From: Candidatus Methanomethylophilaceae archaeon
Lineage (GTDB): Archaea; Thermoplasmatota; Thermoplasmata; Methanomassiliicoccales; Methanomethylophilaceae
Direction: 5' to 3'
Assembly (NCBI GenBank): GCA_050944155.1
Contig: JBMNQN010000002.1
Location: 32,001-96,000, forward strand
DNA length: 64,000 nucleotides
Below the pieces are notes generated by a model. The model saw only the letters and a list, made by a program, of their open reading frames with translations. It was not told the origin of the DNA and searched no databases. Within the stretch, counting starts at the first letter, position 1. The number at the start of each line of letters is the position of its first letter. Shown one piece after another: positions 45,016-54,995 of the stretch. A program made the position numbers and the translations under genes.

Positions 45016-46212
45016 GTGAAGACGTACACATGCGACATTGTGGTGGTGGGAGCCGGCCCCGGAGGGAGCATGGCCGCCAAATTCTGCGCTAAAGCGGGAC
45101 TCGATACCATACTCATAGAGAAGAAAGCCGAAATAGGATCTCCCCTGAGATGTGCCGAAGGCGTATCCAAAAAATGGCTGGAAGAGGTGGGAATCGAACC
45201 GGATCCGGCATGGATCTGTGCCGACATGGCCGGAGCGGTGATACGCTCTCCCGGAGGATACACCTTCCAGCTGGACGAAAGCCGTGCGGGTTCAGAAGTG
45301 GGATACGTTCTCGAAAGACATCTGTTCGACAAAGCTCTCGCCCGCGACGCGGCGGAAGCCGGCGCTAAGATAATGATGCGCACTTCCTGTACCGGAGTCG
45401 TAAGAGACAAGAACGGAAAGATTACCGGTATCGAGGCGAGAAGTTTCGGCGAAAAAATCATAATCAACGCGAAATGCATAGTCGCGGCAGACGGATACGA
45501 GTCCCAGGTGGGCAGATGGGCCGGAATACCCACGGTTCAGAAGTCGAGCGACATCGTAACCTGTATCCAGTACAGACTCACCAACATAGACGTCAGCCAG
45601 GAATTCTGCGAGTTCGTCATCGGAAACGAGATTGCTCCCGGAGGATACCTTTGGATATTCCCCAAGGGAAACCGTACCGCCAACGTGGGACTGGGCGTTT
45701 CCGCAAGCAGATGCAAAATCCCCGCTGCGCCGAAACACTATCTGGATAAGTTCATATCATCCGACGACCGCCTCAAGAACGGACAGATTCTCGAGATATG
45801 CGGAGGAATGGTTACGACCAACCCCGGTCTCGATTCCGCCATCGCCGACAACATAATTCTGGTGGGCGACGCCGCGAGGATAATCGATCCGATTACGGGC
45901 GGAGGAATATGCCACGCTTGCAGAACCGGAATGTACGCCGGAAAGGTTCTCGCCGAGTGCGCAAAGAAGAACGACTTTTCCGAAAAAGCCCTCAAACCCT
46001 ACGAAAAGATGTGGAGGGACAGGATGGAAGACAAAATCTACAGAAACTGGATGGCCAAAGAGAGGCTCAACGAGATCGACGACAAGACCATGGACGATCT
46101 TGTCCAGATCATCGGCGATTCCACACTGACCGAGATGAACGTCTACAACCTGCTTAAAATCATCAAGGAAAAGTATCCGAAAGTCGTGGAAGGTTTCGAA
46201 GACCTTATCTGA
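45016..46212 (+). CDS. Digeranylgeranylglycerophospholipid (geranylgeranyl) reductase
   Basis: GAGPGG, RCAEG, PGGYLWIFPKG (PxxYxWxFP), GDAA..PITGGGI; GTG start. Confidence 0.92.
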   Translation: MKTYTCDIVVVGAGPGGSMAAKFCAKAGLDTILIEKKAEIGSPLRCAEGVSKKWLEEVGIEPDPAWICADMAGAVIRSPGGYTFQLDESRAGSEVGYVLERHLFDKALARDAAEAGAKIMMRTSCTGVVRDKNGKITGIEARSFGEKIIINAKCIVAADGYESQVGRWAGIPTVQKSSDIVTCIQYRLTNIDVSQEFCEFVIGNEIAPGGYLWIFPKGNRTANVGLGVSASRCKIPAAPKHYLDKFISSDDRLKNGQILEICGGMVTTNPGLDSAIADNIILVGDAARIIDPITGGGICHACRTGMYAGKVLAECAKKNDFSEKALKPYEKMWRDRMEDKIYRNWMAKERLNEIDDKTMDDLVQIIGDSTLTEMNVYNLLKIIKEKYPKVVEGFEDLI

Positions 46213-46221
46213 AACTGATTT

Positions 46222-46237
46222 CCCGGCTTTTGCCGGG
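46222..46237. terminator. Hairpin between convergent GGR and mvk
   Basis: cccggc-tttt-gccggg followed by a T-rich tract. Confidence 0.55.
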
Positions 46238-46248
46238 CTTCTTAATTT

Positions 46249-47178
46249 TTATTCGGCCCTCACGCCGGGTTCTCCGGTTTTTACCGTTATGGGGGTTCCG
46301 CCGCGGGAAGATATCGCTTTGCTTACCTTTTCGGGTTCGTCTGTCAGCGCCAACATGCTTCCTCCGCCTCCCGCCCCGGTGAGTTTCGCCCCGTAGGAAT
46401 AATCGGATACGGCATCCACCAGCTTGTTCAGTTCGGGCCCCGAGACACCGAGAATGGAAAGGAGTTTGTGATCTTTGGTCATCAGGCCTCCGAGTTTCAC
46501 CCTATCCCCTTTCTTTATCGCGTCCATGCCTTCGAGGGTGACTGTTCCTATCTCGTCGATTATGTCTTTTGCAAAACTGTTTCTTTCTTTGTATCTCCGT
46601 ACCTTTTCCACCAGAGGTCCGGTCAGAGCTTTCTTTCCCGTGTAGCCTATGACGAAAGTCATCTCCGGAACATCGAGACCGCATATGTCCCAGACGTTCT
46701 TTCCCCGTTCTACTCTCCAAAGGAGATTTTCCGGCTCCGGTGCGTTCACGGCGATGCCCATTCCGTGCACTGAAGCGGAAGTATCCATGGGACTGCCGAT
46801 TCCCTGAACCGAATATTCGGCTTCGTAGGCTTCTTTGGCGACGGCTTCGGAATCCGTCGGTTCTCCCAGAAGACTGCGTACGGCGAAGGAAAACGAGGCG
46901 GCAAGGGCCGCCGAGGACCCCAGACCGGAACCGGACGGTATGTCGCTCTCCGTCGTTATTTCGATATCCGGATGACCGTGGACGTCCAGTACGGAAAGTA
47001 TGTGGGGATGAAGTGCCAGGGCGTTTTCTTCTCCGTTAATCGTCACCCTGTCGCTCTTCGATACGGTACACTTGAAACGTCTGTCGATTGCCACCGCTAC
47101 GGCTGGTTTTCCGAAGACGACTGCGTGTTCGCCGAGTATGACGAATTTTCCGGGTGCCGATGCGGATGCGGTTTTCAT
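46249..47178 (-). CDS. mvk: Mevalonate kinase
   Basis: APGK..L.GEHAVV, PSGSGLGSSAA, KLTGAGGGG. Confidence 0.95.
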   Translation of the reverse strand: MKTASASAPGKFVILGEHAVVFGKPAVAVAIDRRFKCTVSKSDRVTINGEENALALHPHILSVLDVHGHPDIEITTESDIPSGSGLGSSAALAASFSFAVRSLLGEPTDSEAVAKEAYEAEYSVQGIGSPMDTSASVHGMGIAVNAPEPENLLWRVERGKNVWDICGLDVPEMTFVIGYTGKKALTGPLVEKVRRYKERNSFAKDIIDEIGTVTLEGMDAIKKGDRVKLGGLMTKDHKLLSILGVSGPELNKLVDAVSDYSYGAKLTGAGGGGSMLALTDEPEKVSKAISSRGGTPITVKTGEPGVRAE

Positions 47179-47693
47179 TCCATGAGCCCGTACCGTTTCA
47201 TGTTTTCGACGATGGCATCGTTGGGATTTCTTTTACCGAGTTTCGGCTGGGGTATGGACCACCATTCTTCTTCGAAATCTCTGATGGCTCTTTCGTATTC
47301 TTCGTTGTCCGCGAATTTTTTAGGGTCCACGGAAAGCAGAGCCTTCTGCTGTTCTTTGAAAAGATCCACGCCGAATTTCTTGTTCGTCAGAGCAACGCCG
47401 ATGTAGCTGTCGAAGACGTAGGACAGTTCTTCCGTCGTATCAGGCGTTGTGCATTCCATCACCATATCCAGCACGGCGTTGGCGGTCATTTTGAAGATAA
47501 GCTCTCTTTTCGCCTCTTCCGGAAGTTCCTCGGAATCTACGGATTCCATCAGTTCTTCGAACCAGAGTTCTTTCATTGCCGAAACTCTGCGAGGATTCTT
47601 TCCGAACAGCTGTCCGTAGAGAATTTCTTCTTCGGATTTTTCTTCTTCTTCTCCGAAGAGTCCGGAGTTGGGGTCGACTGTGGGGTTGTTCAT
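47175..47693 (-). CDS. Hypothetical acidic protein
   Basis: 172-aa ORF overlapping both neighbours by ATGA. Confidence 0.75.
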   Translation of the reverse strand: MNNPTVDPNSGLFGEEEEKSEEEILYGQLFGKNPRRVSAMKELWFEELMESVDSEELPEEAKRELIFKMTANAVLDMVMECTTPDTTEELSYVFDSYIGVALTNKKFGVDLFKEQQKALLSVDPKKFADNEEYERAIRDFEEEWWSIPQPKLGKRNPNDAIVENMKRYGLME

Positions 47694-48817
47694 TTTCTCA
47701 GCCTCTTTATCGTCTTCTCGAGTATATCCATTCCCGCCGAAATCTTACTTTCGTCGGCGGCATAGGAAAATCTGAGGTGCCCTTCTCCGTATTTTCCGAA
47801 CGCGGATCCGGGGGTGCATATCAGGCCGTCGCCGGCCAATATATTTGCAAGTTCGGACGAAGGCATATCCATGTCGTAAGACGGGAACGCATAAAACGCA
47901 CCTTTCGGTGGAATGATTTCCATACCTTCTATTTCGTTGATTCTTTTCGAAATCAGGTCTCTTCTGTTTTTGAAAACCGATTTGGCTTTTTCCAGATATG
48001 AGTCAATTCCGGGGAAGGCGGCCAAAACACCGTACTGGAACGGCATGGCGGGACCGGCACATACGTGATACTGCATCTTTATCAGATCGCTGACGTATTT
48101 TTCGTCCGCGCAAAGAATTCCGAGTCTCCATCCCGTGACGGCCATCATTTTGGAAAATCCGTTTACGACTATCGCCCTGTCGAGGCGGTTCATGAAAGAG
48201 CGGTATTTTCCTTCGTAAACGAAAGAGTCGTAAACTTCGTCGGCAAGGATGAACAGGTCTTTGTCTTCGGCGATGTCGAGCAACGCTCTGTAAGTATCTT
48301 CCGAAAGCACCCCTCCCGTGGGGTTGGAAGGATTGTTTACTGCGATTATTTTTGTGTTTTTCGTGATTTTGCTCTGAATATCGTCGATATCAGGTTGAAA
48401 ATCTCCCTTGGTGAGTCTGTACTCTTCGTATTTTCCTCCTGCAAGTACGGTGTGGGGACCGTAAACGACGAATCCCGGGCTAGGAATGAGAACTTCGTCT
48501 CCTGGGCCTATGAACGACTGGATTACTTCGAAAAGCGCGGTCGAACCGCTGGGAGTAATAATGATGTTGTTTCTGCCGAGCTTTCCGTATTTCGAAAAGT
48601 ACGATGCTACGGTATCTCTGAGTTCGGGTATGCCCGCGGTGGGGCCGTATTTGTTAAGACCCGCCGAGGCGGCGTCGATCATTCCCTTTATGGCGGCCTC
48701 CGGGGGAGCCATGTCGGGTTCTCCCAGACCCAGGTTTATCGAATCCGGTCCCGCGAGATCGAACATTTTTCTGATTCCGGACATGGGGACGGACGAAAGT
48801 CTGTCGGAAATTTTCAT
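47690..48817 (-). CDS. PLP-dependent aminotransferase class I/II
   Basis: LGEPD, PSNPTG, DEVY, FSK...TGWRLG, GAFY. Confidence 0.93.
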   Translation of the reverse strand: MKISDRLSSVPMSGIRKMFDLAGPDSINLGLGEPDMAPPEAAIKGMIDAASAGLNKYGPTAGIPELRDTVASYFSKYGKLGRNNIIITPSGSTALFEVIQSFIGPGDEVLIPSPGFVVYGPHTVLAGGKYEEYRLTKGDFQPDIDDIQSKITKNTKIIAVNNPSNPTGGVLSEDTYRALLDIAEDKDLFILADEVYDSFVYEGKYRSFMNRLDRAIVVNGFSKMMAVTGWRLGILCADEKYVSDLIKMQYHVCAGPAMPFQYGVLAAFPGIDSYLEKAKSVFKNRRDLISKRINEIEGMEIIPPKGAFYAFPSYDMDMPSSELANILAGDGLICTPGSAFGKYGEGHLRFSYAADESKISAGMDILEKTIKRLRK

Positions 48818-48917
48818 GAATCGTAATCCGGAGAGTACCCTATATTATTTTCCAAAATCATGCCGGACGTTACCGTTCTTCCTTTATGTTTTATACTTTC
48901 ATGCGGCTGACGGAACC

Positions 48918-49202
48918 ATGGACTTCCGCCGCGGAATCATAGAAAACGGAAAATACGCCGTAATCTGGACGGTTATGTGTCTGGCCGGCATCATCGTTAT
49001 GCTGACCGGAACATTCGGCGTTATCGGCCTTGCCGGAATCCCGGCATCGGGTTCTCTGTTTGCCGCAGGCGCGGTTATGATAGTGTTTTCGGCGGCGATA
49101 ATATTCTACAATTCCCACAGACTGGGTCTTCTCGGCGGAAACGCCGCCGAAGTTCCGGCGGAGAACAAGAAAAGAATAAGCCACCATAAAAGGAAGAAAT
49201 GA
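48918..49202 (+). CDS. Small two-TM membrane protein
   Basis: Two hydrophobic helices and a basic tail; 1 nt before the HD gene. Confidence 0.6.
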   Translation: MDFRRGIIENGKYAVIWTVMCLAGIIVMLTGTFGVIGLAGIPASGSLFAAGAVMIVFSAAIIFYNSHRLGLLGGNAAEVPAENKKRISHHKRKK

Positions 49203-49203
49203 A

Positions 49204-50346
49204 ATGGCAGCGCTAAACGCAGAGATGATTTACTTCATGTTCGAGTCGGCAAACATGCGCAGGTGGAACGACCACCTCCGCCCCATGGATCTGACCGAAC
49301 AGGACAAGCAGGCACACAAGGCAGCGGTAGCCTGGGTCATTGCCAAATTCGAAGAAGATGCAGGAAACAAAGTCGACTGGGACATCCTCATAGAACACAA
49401 TCTTTTCGCTTTCATCTCCCGCATGGTCCTGACGGATCTGAAGCCCCAGCTCTACCACCGCATCGTCAGGGAAAAAGAGGAACAGGTCAACGAGTACGTG
49501 ATGAGCGAATTCAAAAGAAGCGTCCCAAACGCCGGAAAGGAATTCTTCGAGCGTTTGGAAAATTACCTGAAATCTCCGAAAACTCTGCCGGAAGACCGGA
49601 TCATCAGCGCCGCCCACTACTGGGCGTCGAGATGCGAATTCGAACTGATTAAAGATATGAACGACGGACGGTTCAAAGCGGAAGTTACGGAAAAGGAACT
49701 CGACGGAAAAATTGCCGAACACCTGGAAGTGCAGGGTGTGAAAAAAGCCGTCAACGACGAAGGCGCACGCGGTTTCATTAATCTCGTCGGACAGCTGAGG
49801 TTCCAGCAGAGGTGGGCAAAAACTCCCCGCATACCGAAAACCACGGTACTGGGTCATTCCTTTATGGTCGCAAATATGGTGTTTCTGAACGACATCGACA
49901 GAGGAATATCCGGCAGACAGCTTTACAACGATTATTACACGGCGCTGTTTCACGACCTTCCCGAAGTTCTGACCAAGGACGTAATTTCTCCGATTAAGAG
50001 AAACGTCAACGGGCTGGCGGACCTTTTGGAAAGTTATGAAAAAGAGCTTGTCGAAAGCGAAATAATGCCTCTGCTTCCGTCATCCTGGCACAGGGAAATG
50101 GAGTTTCTGCTGTACGGTCCCTTCGAGGACACCGACGATCCGGTGCTGGGAAAACGTTCCGGAAAGACGATAAAATCCTGCGACCTTCTTGCGGCTTACG
50201 TGGAAGCCCACGTTTCCATATGCTACGGGGTGTCCTCCAGGTCTCTGAAAGAAGGGGAAGAGGAGCTCAGAACCAGACTGATGCAGGACGGAGGAAACAT
50301 TGATGCGGAAGAGCTGATAATCAGACTCGGCCGTATCAACGTTTAA
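49204..50346 (+). CDS. Tandem HD-domain phosphohydrolase (YfbR-like)
   Basis: RWND..KQAH degenerate first domain; QRW...VLGHS...FHDLPE..TKD.ISP.K second domain. Confidence 0.85.
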   Translation: MAALNAEMIYFMFESANMRRWNDHLRPMDLTEQDKQAHKAAVAWVIAKFEEDAGNKVDWDILIEHNLFAFISRMVLTDLKPQLYHRIVREKEEQVNEYVMSEFKRSVPNAGKEFFERLENYLKSPKTLPEDRIISAAHYWASRCEFELIKDMNDGRFKAEVTEKELDGKIAEHLEVQGVKKAVNDEGARGFINLVGQLRFQQRWAKTPRIPKTTVLGHSFMVANMVFLNDIDRGISGRQLYNDYYTALFHDLPEVLTKDVISPIKRNVNGLADLLESYEKELVESEIMPLLPSSWHREMEFLLYGPFEDTDDPVLGKRSGKTIKSCDLLAAYVEAHVSICYGVSSRSLKEGEEELRTRLMQDGGNIDAEELIIRLGRINV

Positions 50347-51611
50347 TTTCCTATCGTTTCCTGTCCGCCCATATACGGTCTGAGGACTTCCGGAATCGTT
50401 ACGGTGCCGTCTTTGTTCTGATAGTTTTCCAGAATCGCCACCATGGTTCTGGGAAGTGCCAGCCCGGAACCGTTCAGAGTGTGTATGAATTCGCTCTTCA
50501 GGTGCGGTTCGGGGCGGTATTTTATTCTGGTTCTTCTTGCCTGGAAGTCGGTGAAATTGGAACAGGAAGAGGCTTCCAGCCAGGCATCTTTGGCGGGTGC
50601 GTACAGTTCCAGATCGTAACATTTGCTGCACGAGAAACTCATGTCACCCGTGCAGAGAAGAAGGACCCTATAGGGAAGACCCAGACCTTTTATCAGTTCT
50701 TCCGCCTGTCCTCTGAGAGTCTCCAGAACCTCGTAGGAATTTTCCGGAAGAACGAAATTGACCATCTCGACTTTGTTGAATTCGTGGACCCTGATGATTC
50801 CTCTGGTGTCCGCGTGTTTTCCCACTTCGCGTCTGAAAGACGGAAGGTACGCCGTGTAGAATATGGGAAGATCTTCTTTGGCGAGTATCTCGTCGGCGAG
50901 CATATTCGTAAGAGGGACTTCCGCGGTGGGGTTCAGGAACAGGTCGTCCTTTTCCATGTAGTACATGTCGTCCTTCAGATTCGGATACTGCCCCGTTCCG
51001 GTTACGGCGGCTTTGTTGACGACCACGGGAGGGAACACTTCGGTGTATCCCTGTTTCATATGGGTATCCAGGAAATAATTTATGAGCGCCCTTTCGAGCC
51101 TGGCGCCGTCCCCCTTGAGACAGTAGAAACCGCTTCCCGCGACTTTTACGCCTCTGTCGAAATCGATGATGTCGAGCTCTTCTCCCAAGACCCAGTGTTC
51201 TTTGGGTACGAAATCGAATTTTCTTTTCTCCCCGCTTTCGTAGACCACGACGTTTTCGGTGCTGTCCTTTCCTATCGGAACGCTTTCGTGGGGAATGTTC
51301 GGAATGTTGAGGACGCAGTCCGTGCGTATCTCTTCCAGTTCGGCCATTCTTGCGTCGTTGGCTTTTATTCTGTCCCCGACCTTTCTCATGGACTGTATCT
51401 TTGCGTCCTTTTCCGGTCCTTTGGGGAGTTTGGAAATTTCCGACGAAACCGTGTTGCGTTCCTTTCTCAGATTGTTGTTTTCGTCGGTCAGAAGCCGCCA
51501 TTCGGAATCGGCTTTCAGGAATCTGTCCAGTATCTCCGTGTCTTTGTTTCTGTTGATAAGCATGGTCCTGATCTTTTCGGGGTCGGACCTAATGACGTTC
51601 ACATCAAGCAT
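50343..51611 (-). CDS. serS: Serine--tRNA ligase (canonical bacterial type)
   Basis: IPNIPH, PTAEVP, FRRE, HEFNKVE, SSCSN.TDFQARR, HTLNGSGLA. Confidence 0.97.
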   Translation of the reverse strand: MLDVNVIRSDPEKIRTMLINRNKDTEILDRFLKADSEWRLLTDENNNLRKERNTVSSEISKLPKGPEKDAKIQSMRKVGDRIKANDARMAELEEIRTDCVLNIPNIPHESVPIGKDSTENVVVYESGEKRKFDFVPKEHWVLGEELDIIDFDRGVKVAGSGFYCLKGDGARLERALINYFLDTHMKQGYTEVFPPVVVNKAAVTGTGQYPNLKDDMYYMEKDDLFLNPTAEVPLTNMLADEILAKEDLPIFYTAYLPSFRREVGKHADTRGIIRVHEFNKVEMVNFVLPENSYEVLETLRGQAEELIKGLGLPYRVLLLCTGDMSFSCSKCYDLELYAPAKDAWLEASSCSNFTDFQARRTRIKYRPEPHLKSEFIHTLNGSGLALPRTMVAILENYQNKDGTVTIPEVLRPYMGGQETIGN

Positions 51612-51620
51612 TCTATCATC

Positions 51621-51914
51621 TCAGAATTTCTTTTGGCAGAGGGAGTTCCAGGTTCTTCTGTCCGTTAATACCACCACTCCGCCGCGCACGTCTACGACAA
51701 CCGAATCGGTTTTTTCGGAAAGTTCTTCGGAAATTTCGTCTGCGCTGCGCCCGGCGCCCGGGAGGATTTTGACTTTGATGAGCCTGTTTTTCTTGAGCTG
51801 AGCGGTGATTTCGCCGTAAACGCCCTCGTCGGTTCCGTCTTTTCCGACGTGAACCGTCGGGCTGAGATTATTGGCGCGTCTCATCAGTTCTTTTCTGGCT
51901 TCTTTCTCGGTCAT
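51621..51914 (-). CDS. YhbY/CRM RNA-binding protein
   Basis: LSPTVHVGKDG, LIKVK, VDVRG. Confidence 0.9.
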   Translation of the reverse strand: MTEKEARKELMRRANNLSPTVHVGKDGTDEGVYGEITAQLKKNRLIKVKILPGAGRSADEISEELSEKTDSVVVDVRGGVVVLTDRRTWNSLCQKKF

Positions 51915-52230
51915 CTTTCTGTTCCCTCAGATACGGAAATCGTTTTAATGTGCCGCATTCGGAGCAGGTTACGGTGATTTTGCCCTGGTTCAGTCTCACC
52001 CTGCAGCTTATTTCCGGAATCAGCGGTACGAGGCATTCCTCGCAGTATCGGAATTCTTTCGGAATTCCCGTGCGGGTTTTCATGCCTATGCGTCTTGCCA
52101 ATTCCACATATCGTTTTGCCCGGTCGGTATTTCCCTCCCTCGCGGCTTCTTCGGCAAGACCCGTAAGCACGGATATGCGCCGTCTTCCTATTTCGGAAGC
52201 CTGCTTGGAAGTGATCGATCTCCTGGACAC
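51868..52230 (-). CDS. rnp4: Ribonuclease P protein component 4 (Rpp21)
   Basis: RYVELARRI, CEEC..L.P, CSECG..KRFPY. Confidence 0.9.
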   Translation of the reverse strand: MSRRSITSKQASEIGRRRISVLTGLAEEAAREGNTDRAKRYVELARRIGMKTRTGIPKEFRYCEECLVPLIPEISCRVRLNQGKITVTCSECGTLKRFPYLREQKDDRERSQKRTDETRQ

Positions 52231-52276
52231 ATTCCGTCACATTGCGTGCGTAATATAAATATTGGGGAGGAACGGC

Positions 52277-53248
52277 TCAGAAGGGAACTAGGGACAGAAG
52301 GTAATCTCTTATTTCCTCCTCTTCCCCGCTGAGATTCTCTTTTCCGTCCGCGGCGTAGGTTTCCCACAGGAACATGAAGTAGTCGTGGAAAGCCGATACC
52401 GCATCGTTCCATCCGGGCCTGGATACGGAAATTCCCATTATTTCGTTGGACAGAGTCCATTTTCTGGAAGTGCGGTCGAAAGATACGTCGGCAGATACGG
52501 GATTTAGAAGTGCCAGATCCTTTTCCGGACAGACGATTCTTTTGAATACGATCCCGGGGAACGCGTTCGTTCCGCATATGTCGCGGATTTCCGCTATGTT
52601 GCCGTCTTCCCCCAGACGTGCCATTCCGGAAACCAGAAGAGCCCCCTCGGAAACCAATGCGTCCGCATCCGCCGCAGTGAAACTTTTACCGGCGACTATT
52701 TTCGAACGGTACGAACCGGTGTCCAGGAAATATTCTTTCTTTCCGTCTCCTTTCACGACGGCTCCGGCAAGGGCGCATGCGAACATGCGGGTGTCGGCTT
52801 CCGCGCTCTCCGCGAAACGTTCGGAACGGGCGTTGTACAGCCTTTTCATCCTTCTTCCCGTACCGTAGGAGAGTTCCGATCCTTTCAGCCCGTCGCACAG
52901 TTTCATAAGGTCTTTGGCTATCGCCGTCCTGTATCTCGGATCGGTGTAAGTTTCGGAAAGCCAGCGGTTCGCTATTTCGGTTCCCGCAACATCGAGGGTT
53001 TTCTCCATGGTGCTCAGGGCGACCCGTATCAGAGAATTTTCGTAATCGTCCCTAACGGGTTCGCCGTCGAGTCTGAATTTGTTTTCGAAACCTTCGGGGA
53101 CGGCGCCCTGAAATCCCATCTCCGCCGTGAGAATAAACATCCCGATATCCGTGAGAAGCGATTGTACGCTGTTTATTATCGCTTCTTTCCGTTCTTCGGA
53201 CAGTTCTTCCCCTTCCGCGGGAGTTATTTCGAATCTCAAGGTTTCCAT
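52277..53248 (-). CDS. Hypothetical protein
   Basis: 323-aa ORF with normal composition filling the gap; no catalytic motif recognised. Confidence 0.75.
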   Translation of the reverse strand: METLRFEITPAEGEELSEERKEAIINSVQSLLTDIGMFILTAEMGFQGAVPEGFENKFRLDGEPVRDDYENSLIRVALSTMEKTLDVAGTEIANRWLSETYTDPRYRTAIAKDLMKLCDGLKGSELSYGTGRRMKRLYNARSERFAESAEADTRMFACALAGAVVKGDGKKEYFLDTGSYRSKIVAGKSFTAADADALVSEGALLVSGMARLGEDGNIAEIRDICGTNAFPGIVFKRIVCPEKDLALLNPVSADVSFDRTSRKWTLSNEIMGISVSRPGWNDAVSAFHDYFMFLWETYAADGKENLSGEEEEIRDYLLSLVPF

Positions 53249-53450
53249 CGGACGGAGAGGTATAGAGTCCGCTCCTTTTTAATCTGTTACATTTGGCAGC
53301 GTCCTGCACGAGGGATTCGGGCAGGTTTTATATGTGGGACCATTATCTTCCCGGTAAGGCGCGCGTACCTTTGCTTTCCCGAAAATGGGAGAGCAGGTAT
53401 TATATACAAAATGGGGAATGTGTGCCCGTCACGATTCATAAGGTGTTATA

Positions 53451-53966
53451 ATGGTAAGAAAACCCGCATCGATGTACAGAGAAATCAAAGGACAGGCGTA
53501 CACCCGCCGCGAATACATGGGAGGGGTACCCGCCAGCAGGTTGAACCAGTTCGAAATGGGCGACCTCAGGGGAGAGTTCCCCGTTATCATGTCCCTTAGA
53601 GTCGAGAACAGGGTTCAGATCAGACACACTGCTCTCGAGGCCGGACGTATCGCAGCTAACAGAGTTCTTTCCAAAATCGGAACCACGAACTATCACATGA
53701 CCGTAAGGGTATTCCCCCATATGGTTCTCAGAGAAAACAAACTTGCGACCGGAGCCGGTGCCGACCGTGTTTCCAGCGGAATGCGCAACGGATTCGGCAA
53801 AAACGTCGGAACCGCCGCAAGACTGGAGCGCGGACAGGCCGTATACACCGTCCGTTGCACCCCGGCTGCGTTCAATTCGGCAAAGACCGCCCTCTGGAAG
53901 GCATCCATGAAAATGCCCTCCCCCTGCTACATAGAAGTGGAAGAGGGTCAGGAATACGCCAACTGA
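53451..53966 (+). CDS. rpl10e: 50S ribosomal protein L16/L10e
   Basis: YTRREY, QIRH.ALEA.R, RENK..TGAGADR...GMR..FGK. Confidence 0.96.
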   Translation: MVRKPASMYREIKGQAYTRREYMGGVPASRLNQFEMGDLRGEFPVIMSLRVENRVQIRHTALEAGRIAANRVLSKIGTTNYHMTVRVFPHMVLRENKLATGAGADRVSSGMRNGFGKNVGTAARLERGQAVYTVRCTPAAFNSAKTALWKASMKMPSPCYIEVEEGQEYAN

Positions 53967-54946
53967 TGTTCGATTTAGAACCGGAACGCGTAACCGCATG
54001 GATTAAGTCCAACGGATATTCCAAAGTAGCCGTACAGTTGCCAGAAGGTCTCAAAGTCAGGTCTTCTGAGATTTCGGACACGTTGCGTTCCGCGGGAGCA
54101 ATCCCGATTCTGATAGGGAGGCCCTGTTACGGAGCCTGCGATTATTACGACGGGTACGGAGAGTTCGCGGACGCTCTGATCCACTACGGCCATTCGGCCA
54201 TACCTTCCATGGGCGAAGACCCGAATGTTTTATTCGTGGAAGCCCGCGCCGAAGTCGGAGCGGACGCTCTGAGGAATCACCTGGACGGGTTGCCCTCCAA
54301 GATAGGCGTTCTGGCTTCGGTACAGTATATCGGACTGATCGATGCCGTTACGGAGATTCTGGAGGAATCCGAAAGAACCGCATTCGTTTCTCCAGGAGAT
54401 TCCAGGATAAAGTATCCCGGGCAGGTTCTCGGGTGCAACTGCAGTGCCGCAGAAAACATAAGAGACTGTGTGGACGCGTTTCTGTTTTTGGGAGAAGGGG
54501 ATTTTCATCCTCTGGCCGCCGCGTTCGGCACGGATATTCCCCTTTTTGTTTACAACCCGGTAACCGGAAGCATGAGAAGCGTCGAAAACACCAGAGAAAG
54601 AATTCTCAGGAAACGTTTCGCTTCGATAACAATCGCATCGGAGGCAGAGAGTTTCACGGTAATCGTGTGCAGTAAAAAAGGCCAGAAACGCATAGCCGAA
54701 GCCGAACGCATATCCGCCCTTTTGGAAAAAGCCGGAAAGAAAGTTTACACCGTGGTTCTGGAAGAAATAACTCCGGAAGCCCTGTCCCATTACCGTACGG
54801 ACGCATTCGTGAACACGGCGTGCCCCCGCATTTCCATGGACGAATCCTCGAGATTCGTGAAGCCGATACTGACGGTCACGGAAGCGGAAATCGTTGCCGG
54901 AATACGAAAATGGGAAGATTACGAATTCGATTCCATAAGGAACTGA
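53966..54946 (+). CDS. dph2: Diphthamide biosynthesis enzyme Dph2
   Basis: QLPEGLK, CYGACD, HYGH, GQVLGC, FHPL, TACPRI. Confidence 0.94.
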   Translation: MFDLEPERVTAWIKSNGYSKVAVQLPEGLKVRSSEISDTLRSAGAIPILIGRPCYGACDYYDGYGEFADALIHYGHSAIPSMGEDPNVLFVEARAEVGADALRNHLDGLPSKIGVLASVQYIGLIDAVTEILEESERTAFVSPGDSRIKYPGQVLGCNCSAAENIRDCVDAFLFLGEGDFHPLAAAFGTDIPLFVYNPVTGSMRSVENTRERILRKRFASITIASEAESFTVIVCSKKGQKRIAEAERISALLEKAGKKVYTVVLEEITPEALSHYRTDAFVNTACPRISMDESSRFVKPILTVTEAEIVAGIRKWEDYEFDSIRN

Positions 54947-54995
54947 CTCTCTTTCCGCTTAACTTTTTAACGACGATTCGCAATCAGTGGTCCGT

